Shown one piece after another: positions 1 to 13,348 of a stretch of DNA of 39,654 bases. The notes under the pieces are model-generated. The model saw nothing but the letters and a program-made list of their open reading frames with translations, ran no database searches and was not told the origin of the DNA. The first letter of the stretch is position 1; each line of letters begins with the position of its first letter. Made by a program: the position numbers and the translations under genes. Source of the stretch: Welwitschia mirabilis (Eukaryota); contig JBOZIK010000001.1 in assembly GCA_051453625.1 (NCBI GenBank), forward strand, positions 29,717,871-29,757,524. The letters run 5' to 3'.

Positions 1-296
1 AATTAATATCAAAATGTTTTACATAGTTTAGAAACCCTATTAATTAAAGCTTACAAAATGTGGGTTATAACATAGACCCGATGAATTACAGTGTGACAGT
101 GCAGTCAATGGACCTAATTTCTTTTTCAAATCCACCCTATTTCCCTCAATCTATAAAAGAACTAGAACTTTAACTTGATTTCATCTTACTCTAGTGCCTC
201 CAATTTTTAGATCTAGTGAGTTTCCTTCCAGATTAAGAGATCTTTACAGCCAGATCTAGTGATTTTCTTAGTCTTCTTTTTTTCAAAAGTCTTAGA

Positions 297-1330
297 ATGA
301 TAGTCAACTCTTCCAAGAGAGTTTCAAATGAAGTTGCTTCAAGGGAACCTCCCTACTTCTACCAGGGAATGTTTGAAAAAGCCATTGATAAGTTCTTTGA
401 AAAGTTTGAGAATAAAGCCAGGAGTGGTTAGGAGCTGCATCTGAGCTTAGGGAACTAAAAGATATTATTCAACTCTTGAGAGATCAAGATCTGAACCATT
501 TATTAGATATTTCAGGTGTTGTATATTCTTTTCTTACTAAAATTTTTTATTGTAATACTTATTTTAATCATGATACTAGGACTTTAGAAACCCTTATTTT
601 GGGCAGAAGGATAAGAGTAACAGTAGGCCTCATTTCAGAGCTGATTGATCTTTCACGGGAAGACTATGAGGAGTTTTGGCCTTTGAGAGACACCATGGAA
701 GATAAGCAGGCAGTCATCAGGAAGATTTGCGACAAAGTAAATACTTGGAAACACACCTTATCTACTTCTCTATTGACTCCCAAATATTACTTCATTCATT
801 TGATCTTTACTTATAATTTTCTTCCTTTAGCTAACCATTGTGATGAGGCCTTCAGCTACATGGCATATTTGATGTATTTGGTAGTAACTGAGCATTTTAG
901 TAATGTTTCTATCATAATATTGAAAAAATATGGCTTCATAGTTGGAGTACCATAGAACTAAGACTCTACCTTATTCTGTTCTTATCACTAAAATATGTTG
1001 TTATTTTCATATTAATCTGCATCCTTCTTTAGATACACTTTAGCCTTTATCACCCATTGGACATGCAACTTTGTCTTGCATGCATATCTTTGATCCTTCG
1101 AAGAAATCCCTTTCTGAAACCCCAAAAGCAGCATCTTCAGATGAGACTCTTTCATATTTGAAATGGATTGACTCTCGCACTAGGCATATGAAAGAAGCAC
1201 TCATCGTAGTTAGATATTAAATTATGGATACCTCAGTTAAAGGTACCAGCTCTGCTCGTACCAGTGGAGATGAAGAAGATTCAGAGGAGGAATCTGAAGA
1301 AGAAGAAGAAAAAAAGAATCGAATTAAATC
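297..1330 (+). pseudogene. Disrupted extra ('env-like'/plant transposon protein domain) ORF of the Copia element
   Basis: ORF 476-955 has FYCN...TLILGRRIRVTVGLISELIDL. After a frameshift, ~966-1020 reads LPYSVLITKICCYFHINL, and an acidic tail (GDEEDSEEESEEEEE) follows. This resembles the FYAN...VRG..I...I...L / LPYG.LIT.I pattern of retrotransposon accessory ORFs. Stops and frameshifts are present. Confidence 0.65.
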
Positions 1331-2368
1331 TTTTTTATCTTTTAGATCATATTTGTATTGTTCTCTCTTTTTCTTTTATTGTCAAAAAGAGAGATTNNNN
1401 NNNNNNNNNNNNNNNNNNNNNNNNNNNNNNNNNNNNNNNNNNNNNNNNNNNNNNNNNNNNNNNNNNNNNNNNNNNNNNNNNNNNNNNNNNNNNNNNNNNN
1501 NNNNNNNNNNNNNNNNNNNNNNNNNNNNNNNNNNNNNNNNNNNNNNNNNNNATGTTTGAAAAATAATTAAAATTATTATCTCAATTAAAAATGAGTTAAT
1601 TTTTTTTTTTAAATCAAATTATTAAATGTTTTCTGATCATATTTTACATTATCATTTGGTATTGTATTGTGTTCTTAAGGGGTATCATTTAAATGTGTAA
1701 TTCATAAGAGCTTCTGATCATCATTTTTAGTAAAATTGTGTTATCTCAAATTTGTGCATATTTAAAACTTATCTCATTTAAAAGCACAAAAATTTTGTCT
1801 ATTCAAAATGCCTAAATGTGTTTTAAAATTTTGGCTTATCATTGTTTATCATTCAGTACCAACTTAGGGGGAGAGAATGTGACTGATATTTATGGCCGTT
1901 TATCAAAATTTTATATTTATTTATCATTTATGTCAAAGGAGGAGAGATAATGATAGTGTTCTTTCAAAATTTTTTCCTAAAATATTGAGATATTAGACTT
2001 TCAAATATCTATGTATTTAATCAAAGGNNNNNNNNNNNNNNNNNNNNNNNNNNNNNNNNNNNNNNNNNNNNNNNNNNNNNNNNNNNNNNNNNNNNNNNNN
2101 NNNNNNNNNNNNNNNNNNNNNNNNNNNAATTAGTGCAAAAGATATTCCAATGAAATATGCTACTTAGTATTTTAGATTTACAATGAATATACCAGTTTTG
2201 AAAATGTGCCAAAAGGCTCTTTAGGTAATTTCTTACCTAGATATTTATAATGGAGGGTTATTAGGGTTTGATGCAATTGAATTATGCCTCTAACGGCTAT
2301 AAATGACTAGAAAATGGCTAGGTAATGGATACATAATGTCTATAATATTTTCTTTTTTGTACCATCTA

Positions 2369-2705
2369 GTCGACCTCATAAATATCTAGTTGACCCCATA
2401 GGGACTCGGTCGACCCCTTATCTCTTAGTTTAGAACTATGGATGTGATCGCTTCTTAGGTTTAGTCGACCCCTTCCTGGGTCTGGTCGACCCCTTGTCTA
2501 TCGGTCTAAGACTTGACTATTAGCTTCTCAAATCTGGTCAACCCCATGAATATCCAGTCGACCCCATTCCTCTTGTTCTAGGACTATTGCCTCTTGAGAT
2601 CATAGGTTTGGTTCCTTAATAAACCGACTGACCCCTCTGGGTTCAGTTCATTTCTATTATATCTGCTTCAAGTGTGGTCGCCCTCTCTAGGATCCGGTTG
2701 ACCTC
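2369..2705 (+). repeat. Cluster of about 10 GTCGACCC-type palindromic motifs in the Copia LTR
   Basis: GTCGACC(C/T) or deaminated variants (GTTGAC, GTCAAC) occur at about 2369, 2389, 2409, 2465, 2485, 2537, 2557, 2627, 2677 and 2697, mostly in groups with 20-nt spacing. Confidence 0.85.
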
Positions 2706-2814
2706 CACTGGAGGTAAACAACTTAGTAGTTTTTTTCATTCATTTGATTTATATATTTTACCTACATAACTAAAACTCATTTACACATAATATCTAACAA
2801 ATTTACACTACACT

Positions 2815-5800
2815 AGAGGAATTAGTTTAACATCAATTGGCAAATATAATCTAACAGTAATTCTTGTTGTAAAAAGATGATTTAAGAGGATCTATAAAGT
2901 CCATATTCTAATAATCAAAAGGTTTACATTTAAGGATAGGTTATAAGGGCATATTATGATATTTGATTAGGCTTCCAAAACATGGACATGCATCATATCT
3001 TTATGCATGATTAAAAGAGTCTTTAAAAAGGGTAGGCCAATAGAAGGTAGCATGAAGGATTTTGATGGTTATCTTTTAGCCACTAAAGTAACCTTCACAT
3101 ACACCACCATGACAAAAGAAAAGAATGTCAAGTTGTTTCCACTTTAGCATACACTTATACATGATTTGATCTCTACATCTTTGATAGAAATGTGGCTCAT
3201 TCCATTCATAATCCCTTATTCTCTAAAGAAAAGATTTTCTTTGATTAGAAGTCCAATGTTAGGGGGATTTAAAAGTGACAAGATAGTTCACAATATCAAC
3301 ATACTAAGGAGTAAGATGTTGAGAAGATATAACATATAAATCATGGATGTAACACAATTATTCATTAGGAAAGGAATTCTCAATAGAAATATTTAAAGAT
3401 AAATGCAAAGGATTCCCTTCTAGATGGATTCTTAAAAAATGATCAGCAACATGATTATGTTTACATTCTTTATCTATGATGGTTAGGTTGAATTCTTATA
3501 TGAGAAGTATTCATTGAATAAGTTTAGCACTCAAATATTTTTTTCTCATAATATAATAAATTACTACATGATTAGTGTAAACATTCATATGAAAATCAAG
3601 AAGTTAATGTTCTAGTTTATCAAGATAAAAGATAATAGCAAGAATTTTGTTTTCAATGATGGTATAGTTCAATTTAGCTCTTGAAAGGATTTTACTAATA
3701 CAAGCAATAACTTTATATTCCATTACATGTTTTTATCCTAGAACTCCACCCATGATAATATTACTATCATCACACATTAAATTAAAATCTATGGTCCAAT
3801 TGGGTCCTCTTATAATGGATTCAAAAGTGGTTTTATCTTTAAGATTTTCAAAGGCATTTTGACAATCTTCACTCCAATTAAACTTGGTGTATTTTTCAAG
3901 GAGGGAATACAGAGGTTTATAAATATTGATATAGTCCTTAATGAATCTTCTATAGAATCTAGCATGTCCAAGAAAGGATTTCACTTGTTTAACATTAGTT
4001 GAAGGAGAGAGGTTTTCGGTGATGTCTATCTTGGAAGGGTTCATTCTAATATCATTACAGGAAATGTGGTGATCAAGTACAATTTCATCCCTCACAAGGA
4101 AATGATTCTTCTCCTAGTTAATATTAATTCCACTCTCTATACAAAGGTGAAGGACTTTTTTAAATCTTTCTAAGATTTATTTAAAAGAGTCACTAAAGAT
4201 GGAAGAATCATCCATAAAGATATCAATAGAATCCTTAATCATATATGAGAAAATATCCAGCATGGCTCTTTAGAATATTCCCAAAGCATGACATAGCCAA
4301 AGGGCATTGTTTTAAAGGTAAAAGTATAAAAGAGAAGGGGAAATCTATCTTAGATTAATCATTATTAATAGTGCACACTTGGTAATAACCACTATATCCA
4401 TCAATGAAGTAATAGTAAGTATAACCTTGGATCTTATTAATAACTTTTTCAAGAAGAGACAAGGGGTAATAATCTTTCTTGGCTACATCATTGACTTTTC
4501 TAAAATCAATGCATACTCATCACTTTCCTCCCTTTTTAGGAATTATAATAAGAGGGCCAATTCATTCACTATCTGAAATGGCATAAATAATACCTGCATC
4601 CATAAGTTTAATGATTTTGTCCTTGACTACTTACATAATGGTAGGATTAAGTATTCCTTGAGGTTACCTAATGGTTTTAGCATTATCCTTTAGTTAAATT
4701 TTATATTAAATAATATGATTAGTAATAGCATTAAGATCTTTATGAGTTAAAGCAAAAGCTTCTATTTTAAAGTAAGAACTTGAATTAAGGAATCTTCTTA
4801 GGAAGGATAAATTTAAGAACTAATGATTAATGGCTTATTAAGATTGTTATTTAAGAAAATTTATTTCAAACCATTGGGTAAGTCTTTAAGTTAAAGATCA
4901 TTTTCATCCATCCTAGTTGTATAACATCCATATTAATGTAAAATATTTTCAATGGATCTTACATGTTGGATATCATGATCAAGTATGGGTTCAAAGTATT
5001 TATGAAAATCATTATTGGAAGAGTGGTTTAGTAAATCTTGGTTAATATTGTAAGGATTGGAGGAATTTAAAGATTTAAGGATAATAGAAGATTCTTCCTC
5101 ATCATTAAATAAGGTAGAGTAATGCAATGAAAGGAGTCTTTAATTTAAGGGATGATTGAACTAACATAGAGCATTTATCCTTTTCTTCCATGTCTAATTC
5201 ATCTCCCAGGTCTTTCTTAGTGACATCAAATACTCTGATATTAAAATTATTGTTACCTATATAACACTCCATCATCATTGTGTGAGTATCACTAACACAA
5301 TGGGGTATTGCATAAAAGGCTCTTCCTAAAACTAGAGGGTATTCTCCATTATGCTCAACCTTAATGATGACCACATCTATAAGGTAGAAAGCCTCTTAAA
5401 TTTGAATTACTAAGTCTTTGATTATCCTTATATGTTTATTAATTATTGCATTGGCCAATTCCAACACTATTCTAGTAGGTACAATCCTTTCTTCTAATTC
5501 AAACTTTCTACAAAAATATAAAGGAATAATGTTTACACTTGATTTTATGTCTATTAAGGCTTTCTTGATTTTCTTATTTGCCTCTAGATAATACAAATAG
5601 TAATCGTCCCTAGATCTTTAAACTTAGAACATTTTTAAAAAACCAGGTTGAAAAGGGATTGCATAATGAAAACTTTACTTAGAATTGTCCTCTTCTATTT
5701 TCTTCTTACTAAGTCCTTCCAAATTTTATTGTACTTAGGGTTGTCTTAAAGTAACTTCTAAAATGATATATTGATAGTAACATCATTCATAATTACCTTC

Positions 5801-7270
5801 AAATACTCATCATAAGTTGGATTCATGTTCAATCTATCCTACCATGGAATAGTATTCTTCTTTGGATGTTATTTATTGTTATTGGATTTAGAGTTAAGAG
5901 TAGGTGGAAGGTTTGGTTGATCAATAATTTCAATGTCATCTTCTTGAGGTACTTCCTTGTCTTTATGGAAAGAATTTAAGGTTTCTTCATTAGAAGTAGT
6001 ATCATATCCACTTCTTGTAACAACTTTCCAATCTTTCTTCACATCATATGGATGTGGAATAGTTTGGGTAATAAGTGATTCTTAAGTCCTTTGATTTTCT
6101 AGCATGTTTTGTTAAAGCAAGCAAATCAAATTTTATAACTCTTTATTCTAATTTTCTAGAATTTCATTGATGCTATCTTGCATCTTTTTGAGTTATTCCA
6201 TTATTTCCCTACAAGAGTCATTTCTTTTATAGTTGGGAAAATTAGGCTAAGAGTTATGACTTTTGAATTTATTATCAAATGAGGGTTTGAAAGATGTTGA
6301 AGATCTGTTATTTTATTATGGATATTGTTGGTTGTCTCCAAACTTGTTTAACCTTTGATTGTATGCATAAACTTCATTGAATATGGCCTCTTTACAAGTT
6401 GGTAAAAATGGCCATTCTTTAATAGATTGAGAGTTTTCATCGTATATTAGTTAAGTTGACTTAGTAATTTCGCATTATTTAATTCCTTTTGTAGCTCTCT
6501 AAGGTACTATTAAGATTACTAAATAGGGTTTTAACCTTTGTTTATTCTTCTTTATGTTGTACTTTGTTTGAATCTCTAAGAATTTCACCTACAGTCCTAG
6601 TATCTTTACATGTAGTTTTGGGCTAACTTTGACTTCTTTCTATAAGGTTTTCTAATAAGTTCCAAGAATCATCTAAGGTTAAATTAAGTAAATTTCCATC
6701 ACATAAAAATCCACCATTTATTTAGTTTAAATATTCAATCCACTATAGAAGTTACAATAAGTCCTTCTTTTGAAAACTCAAAATTGAACAATATGGTTAT
6801 CAAAATCTTTCATATGGTAAGGACAAATCTTCACAAGGGTATTGTTGAAAATTAGTTACTTTATTTATTCTTGTCCTCATGACTATCTCATTCATGAATT
6901 TTTTGATAAAGACTTTTTATACTTAATCCCAACTCTAAAGGCTTTTTTGTTTGATGGTTTAAGCCAATTTTTCACTTTTCCTCTCAAGGTAAGGGAAAAG
7001 ATGATGATGTAAGTTCTATATAAAATTTTGTTTTACCCATTTTCTAAAGTAAAAATGAGTTATTCAATCTTGGTTATATGTTGGAATGGGTTTTCATTAG
7101 GTTCTTCAGAAAAGGTAAGATAGGCATTCAAGTTCTTTAACTCTACATCATCTCTGGTGAGTGGGTTAAATGGGTTTTGGAGTTCCCTCTTTTTATTAGC
7201 CAATGTATCCTTTAGAGTAACATTTGAACTAGAGGCTCCTGATATTCTATGTAAAGATTATTAGATGCCA
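2815..7270 (-). pseudogene. Athila-type gag-pol polyprotein pseudogene, truncated early in the integrase core
   Basis: Gag DDVELKNLNAYLTFSEEPNENPFQH (~7080-7150). Protease KKALIDIKSSVNIIP and PLVLGRAF (5105-5596). RT catalytic motif IDIFMDDSS (~4200-4227). VKSFLGHARFYRRFIKD and RNase H LMCDDS (3733-4095). Integrase start PILKCKPFDY*NMDFIDP (~2887-2940). Many stops and frameshifts. Confidence 0.9.
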
Positions 7271-8060
7271 TAAAGATATGATAATTAGGATGATTAGACA
7301 AAGGAGGAAAGGTAGGATTTTTATTAGAACTTATTGAAATTTAGAAATTTTCAAAGGTTTAGGAGTATGTGAATAAGAAATAGTAAATGCAAAATAATTG
7401 TCTTAATTAATTAAACAAATAAACTTTTTTGTTTCTCACCTCAAGTTCTTGAATTAAAATCCATCAAAACGTCTTTGATTTCTTCTTCAAGAAAACATCT
7501 TTCATAGTGTTTTACATAAATTTCTTTACATTCAAGTGACAACAGTCTCTAGGATCACTCAAAGGTGCAAGGAGTAGGATATACCAAATGAATGTGGTAA
7601 TTACTTAGATATCACAAAGTGTAAAGTGTAGGTCAAGTTTATTAAAAATAATAATTAATGTAGTAATCCCCAAGATTACATGAAGTGTGAGGAATAGAAC
7701 TAAACAAGATTGACAATATCTTTCAAAGAAGGAGTATGCCTAGAAAAATAATTTTAGAAAATATAAAATGTCAAAATAAATCGAAAAAATAATTTCTCAA
7801 ATATAAATTTCAAAATTTAAATATATATCCCTCAAACTAAGATATCACTTGAAAGTAAAGAAAGGAGAATTACAAGAAATTAGAAATAAAAATTACAATT
7901 TGCAAGAAAAGAAGATTAAAGTACACTCTAAATGGATAATCAAGTAATTACTTATAGACCAAAAGGTAATCAAGCAATTACAAGTAGATCTAATATGATA
8001 AAATACAACACTACTCAAATAAATAATTTAAATTAAATTCAAGATACTTACTTGAGTAAT

Positions 8061-8213
8061 GATAATCTTCATTTTTCCTTGAAGTCTTCCCTAGCAATAT
8101 CAACAATATATTGCAATGCATATTTGTGCTTCTAATTGTATTGATAATCTTCCTTTTCTTTTTAATTCTTTCCTAACAATAACACTAAAATATTGCAATG
8201 CATATTTGTGCTT
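8061..8213. repeat. Tandem duplication of the PBS/LTR junction of element A (two 71-nt copies, period 82)
   Basis: 8061-8131 and 8143-8213 align without gaps at 59/71 identity by manual count. Both end in TATTGCAATGCATATTTGTGCTT. Confidence 0.8.
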
Positions 8214-9369
8214 NNNNNNNNNNNNNNNNNNNNNNNNNNNNNNNNNNNNNNNNNNNNNNNNNNNNNNNNNNNNNNNNNNNNNNNNNNNNNNNNNNNNNNN
8301 NNNNNNNNNNNNNNNNNNNNNNNNNNNNNNNNNNNNNNNNNNNNNNNNNNNNNNNNNNNNNNNNNNNNNNNNNNNNNNNNNNNNNNNNNNNNNNNNNNNN
8401 NNNNNNNNNNNNNNNNNNNNNNNNNNNNNNNNNNNNNNNNNNNNNNNNNNNNNNNNNNNNNNNNNNNNNNNNNNNNNNNNNNNNNNNNNNNNNNNNNNNN
8501 NNNNNNNNNNNNNNNNNNNGAAATATGATGAAATGGAATGAAATGCAATGTAATGCAATGTAGAATGAATGCAAATCTAATGCAATTAATTAACCAAATT
8601 TCTAATATATTATCACTTAGATTGATTCTTATAGCCTATATCAATTTCAAATTCATATCAGTTTCATTGCAATTAAGATAAGTTATAAGGAAGAAATAAG
8701 AACTTATTTGAAAAGAATTCCAATTTAATCAAAATATTTATTAACTAAATTGAAGCACATCCACTTATATTGATAAGTCCTCAATGGAAGATTCACTACC
8801 TAACATAAAGATAGTCCTTCTCATAAGTAGGATGGATCTTCTTACCTCTAATAATCTTTAATCATCATAAAAGTTTAGATGATGAAAATGATATGGAATG
8901 AGGGCCACGAGGATGTATTTATAATTTGAAATTGATGGTTAAGGGTTTTTAATGAATGTAAAATGAAAAGGCGTAATTAGCATCTACACTTTCATAATAA
9001 TTTGATTAGTTTTTTAAACTATTCTATTCGTCATCTTTATCATTGTCCCCATGACATAGTGGACAATCACTCTAACTGCTAACTAATAATTAGTACATGT
9101 TAACTAACCAACCTGTGCTGATTGTTGTCCTAGGTATCATCCTAATACATGGGGGATAACTACCAAAACCTATCCAATTACTCTTTTTGTACATTATTCT
9201 ACAATCATAATTCCAACAACAAATGGAATAACTATCATTTTTCATGAGATGTCCCAATGAAATAGTAAATGATTAGTTTTTCTTACTTAAATCTAGCTTG
9301 ATCATTATTGTTTGATTCATTATCATGTAAAAGTAGATTCTTTTATTGGAAATTATTACATTTTATGAC

Positions 9370-12300
9370 CTATATGGAAGCTTTGCATAATTTTCATAAA
9401 TCCCTAGAAACCATATCAATAGGACTTAAAAATTTGCTCCACAAGTGTATCAAATAGGTTACTTTGGCTTCATAACATGGTTGGATGCAAAAAAAATTTG
9501 AGCATCATTTCCAATGCCTATGATATGGTAAGAATTCGAAAGAAGATCTATAGGTAGATACATCTTAGAATTCTTGATAAATGTAAAGGTGAACAAATTC
9601 CACCAATTCAAAATTTATGAAGCTTTTGAGATATGTTCCACCAATTCAAAATTAAGTCAAATTATTTTAACCAAAGACCATTATAGAGTCCCTAGAAAGG
9701 TTAGAATTCATGGATCATGAATAAAAATGTTAGAGAGAAAAGAATAATATTTTAAGACAATATAAGAATGCAACCATGGAAGAAACCATTTAATGAAAAT
9801 ACAAGAATGTTCAAAGGAAGAGATATAGTAAATATGACTATAGTCAATGCTGGAGCACAACATCAACTATAAGGAAGAATGCAGATTCAACTAACCAGAG
9901 GAAGAGATAGGTTTGCAAGACCACTAAGAAACAACTAGCCTAATGATTTCAGGAACATGAAGTATTTTTGTTATCAAGGACCTCATTATATTAGGGCTTA
10001 CTCTAAAAAAAAGAAGCAAGAAGCAACTACAATAGATGTTAGAAAGCTATATGCCTCAATATCTAAGGAAATTAATTAATCAAAACTGATTTTGAAAAGT
10101 ACATGTACTCTATTAAATATTCCTATAAAAACCTTAGTAAATGTAGGTTAATTTAATTCTTTTATTCCATTCTTGATAGCTAGAAAGATATTTTCAAAAG
10201 TTAAGAAGATTAATTAGTTGATAGTAGAACTCGTAAATGGCAGTTAAATCAAAATAATTGGAGAAACACCTACATTTACATTACATATTAATGGTTATAA
10301 ATTTAAAATATAATTATTAATATTAGAATCAGGATACTTAGATATTATTCTAAGAATGAATTTGTTATAAAAAAAATAAATCTCAAATACATTATTATCA
10401 TAGAAAGGTTACAATATTAGATTCAAAAGGTGAACAACTGTGTTTATCAAGTATACTAAAACTAGTATTGAAAAAACTAAATAAGCTAATAAAACAAAAA
10501 GTCAAACATGAACAAGTATTTGAAATTATTAAATTTTATCTTTCTCTTTAAAACAAGACAAATATGTTAAATATTCTAGTAGTACAAGAATATTTGGATG
10601 TCTTTCTAGATGGATTACTAGGATGTCCTCCAAAAAGAGTAGAATATTTTAAGATATCTCTTAAATAAGGAATAAAACCAATTTTAAATGCACCATATAG
10701 AATACTTACTATGGATTTACCAGAATTAAAAACTCAATTAATAATACTTTTAAATAAATAATTGATTAGATCAAGTATTTTACCATGAGGTGCACCAATA
10801 TTATTTGTCAAACAAAAGGATAGAGGATTGAGGTTATATGTGGATTATAGAATGTTAAATAGAGTAACAATTAAAAATAGTTATCCATTACCCAGAATAG
10901 ATGACTTATTTCATCAATGAAACTTTGTTAAATTTTTTTTCAAAACTTGATCTAAAATTAGGATATCATCAACTTAGAATTAAATAAGAAGTTATTTTCA
11001 AAACAACATTCTACACCAGGTATGACCATTATGAATTTTTGAGTAATGTCATTTGGACTTACCAACACATCATCTGCATAACATCTTTTAAGCATATCTT
11101 AATGAATTTGTAGTAGTATTTATTGATGATGTTTTGGTATATTCATTAACCAAGGAGAATTATGGAAAACATCTACAAATAGTATTGGATACTTTAAGAA
11201 GAAACCAATTTTATGCCAACCCTTAAATGTGTGAATTTTAATTAACTAAGATCAACTTTTTAAGACATGTAATTTTAGAAGAAGAAATTAGTGTGAATGG
11301 TAATAAAGTATAAGTAGTGAGAAGAAGTTTTTTGGGATGGACAAGATATTATAGAAGATTTATTTTAAAATTTTTTAAGATTGCACTTCCTCTCACATCC
11401 TTGTTGAGGAAAAATAATCCCTTTAATTGGATAACACATTGTGATGAAGAAATTCAAAAATTAAAAGAAGCACTTGTATCTACATCTATTTTGAAAATTT
11501 TAGATCCTAGAAAAATGTATACAATCCACATTGATGATTTTGAAGAATGATTAGGAGCAGTGTTAATGTAGTAAGAAAGCATTGTTGCTTATGCATCAAG
11601 ACAATTAAAGAATCATGAAAGGAATGAACTTGTGTATGACTCAGAACTAGCTACTATAATTCATGCACTTAAAATTTAAAGGCATTATATATATGAAGAA
11701 AAAATTTAAATTTAAATAGATCATAAAAGTATCAAATACATTCATACTTAACTCAACTTAAATTTGAGGCAAATGAGATGGGTGAAATTTTTGCAAGATT
11801 ATGATTTGACAATAAACTATCATGAAGGAAGGGTAAATGTAGTGGCTAATTCATTAAATAAAATAGGGGACATCATGTTAATTGCTCAAGTGCATAAAAA
11901 TATTTGTATAAATTTATTTTTAATTTATAACAAAATTGTTATTTATGCAAAAAAGTAAAATAAGAAGGAATTGAAGGATTTGAGGTTTGTGTTCATGAAT
12001 TTGTTACTTTTTAAGACTTATAATATCTAATGAAGAATAAGTAAAGAAAATTATCTTCAAATAATTTCATAGTACATGGTATGATATTCACCTTGGAGTT
12101 AATAAGATGTATAAAGATATCAAACAATATCTTTTATGGCTAGGAATGAAATTTAAAGTTACTAAATTTATGGTAAAATGTATGATTGATCAACTAGTTA
12201 AATTTAAACATCAACATTAAGCTAGATTTTTGTATCCTGATGACATTCTAGAATTGAAATAAGTAGTAGTTCATATGAATCTTATTATAGATCTACCTAA

Positions 12301-13290
12301 GATAAAATAAGGTTATGATTCTATTTTTATAGTGGTTAATCTCTTAACCAAAAGTAAACATTTTTGTCTAGTGAAGATAATAGATTTAGCTGAAAGGATT
12401 GCAAAAACAATATGTAAGGAATATAGTTAAATTGCATGGAGTACCTAAAAGGATAGTTTCAAATATAGATAGTAAATTCACCTCTAGATTTTGGACTTAA
12501 TTTCTTAAAGAATTGGAAACTAACTTAAACTTGAGTATATCCTTTCATTGTCAAATAAATAACCAAATAGAAAGAAAAAATCAAATTTTGGAAGACTTAT
12601 GAAGATTAGTAATTTTGGATTTTAGAGGATCTTAGATGGATCATTTAGTATTGGTGAAATTTACTTTTAACAGTAGTAATTAATAATCAATAGAATGCAC
12701 ACCTTTTGAAGCATTATATGGAGTGAAATATAGAACATTGGTAACATAGTTTAATGTAGTAGATAAGAGATTATTCAAGGTTTCATCCACTCAAGACTTA
12801 GAAGAGAAAGTAAGAATGATTAGAAAAAGATTAAATATGATAAAGGATTGATAAGCTAGATGTGCAAATTACCATATAAGATATATAGAATGTTAAGAAG
12901 GATATCACATTTATTTTAAATGCTTACCTTTTAAAGGAGTTCTCAGATTTAGTAAAAAAGTAAAGTTAGCCCAAGGCTTATAGGGCCTTATCAGATTATT
13001 AAAAGGATTGGGCCAATAGCTTATGAGTTAGTCTTATCACCACATCTATAAAAGCTTTACAATGTTCTTCATGTATTTTCATTGAGAAAATTTTTGATTG
13101 ATGAAACAAAGATAATTCCTAATCAATAAGTAGATATTCTTCTAATTTATTCAATTAAAGCTCAATCAATTAAGATTTTAAATCAAGAGAAAATGGTATT
13201 ATGAGGAAAAACTGTGAAACTATATAAAATTTAGTGTTTAAATCAATCTATAGAAGAAGAAACTTTAAAAATAGAAATATATATTAAGTA
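9370..13290 (+). pseudogene. Tekay/Del-type gag-pol pseudogene
   Basis: Gag-like W*EFERRSIGRY (~9527). [57 protein letters not shown] (10690-10915) and VVVFIDDVLVYS (~11110). RSFLGWTRYYRRFI (11317). RNase H AYASRQLKNHE and RQMRWVKFLQDYD. Integrase IVKLHGVPKRIVS (~12423) and GPYQIIKRIGPIAYEL (~12983). Many stops and frameshifts. Confidence 0.92.
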
Positions 13291-13348
13291 ATGAAAACCT
13301 AAGCTTTTGGCAACTTTTAAGAATAAAACTTCTTAAGGAGGTGAGAAA

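Larger units (their letters stand above)
1..2710 (+). mobile_element. 3' portion of a Ty1/Copia Sirevirus (SIRE/Maximus)-type LTR retrotransposon: extra ORF, multiple polypurine tracts and a truncated 3' LTR
   Basis: Several PPT-like tracts lie in series after the ORF: GTCAAAAAGAGAGATT 1381, AACTTAGGGGGAGAG 1861, GTCAAAGGAGGAGAGAT 1932 and ATCAAAGG running into the gap at 2028. They are followed by clustered GTCGACCC palindromic motifs (2369-2705). Multiple PPTs plus LTR repeat motifs plus an extra ORF is the known Sirevirus layout. No pol lies in the window, the LTR start probably falls in the N gap, and the right boundary is approximate. Confidence 0.7.
2815..9100 (-). mobile_element. Degenerate Ty3/Gypsy Athila-type LTR retrotransposon (element A): partial 5' LTR, PBS and gag-pol; 3' end missing
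   Basis: The minus strand shows the gag-PR-RT-RNaseH-IN order. A decayed tRNA-Asp-type PBS is at ~8088-8105 and again at ~8170-8187. It is followed by TATTGCAATGCATATTTGTGC, homologous to the LTR end of element B (TGCTGCGGTGCATATTTATGC at 32244). Both boundaries are approximate. Confidence 0.88.
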
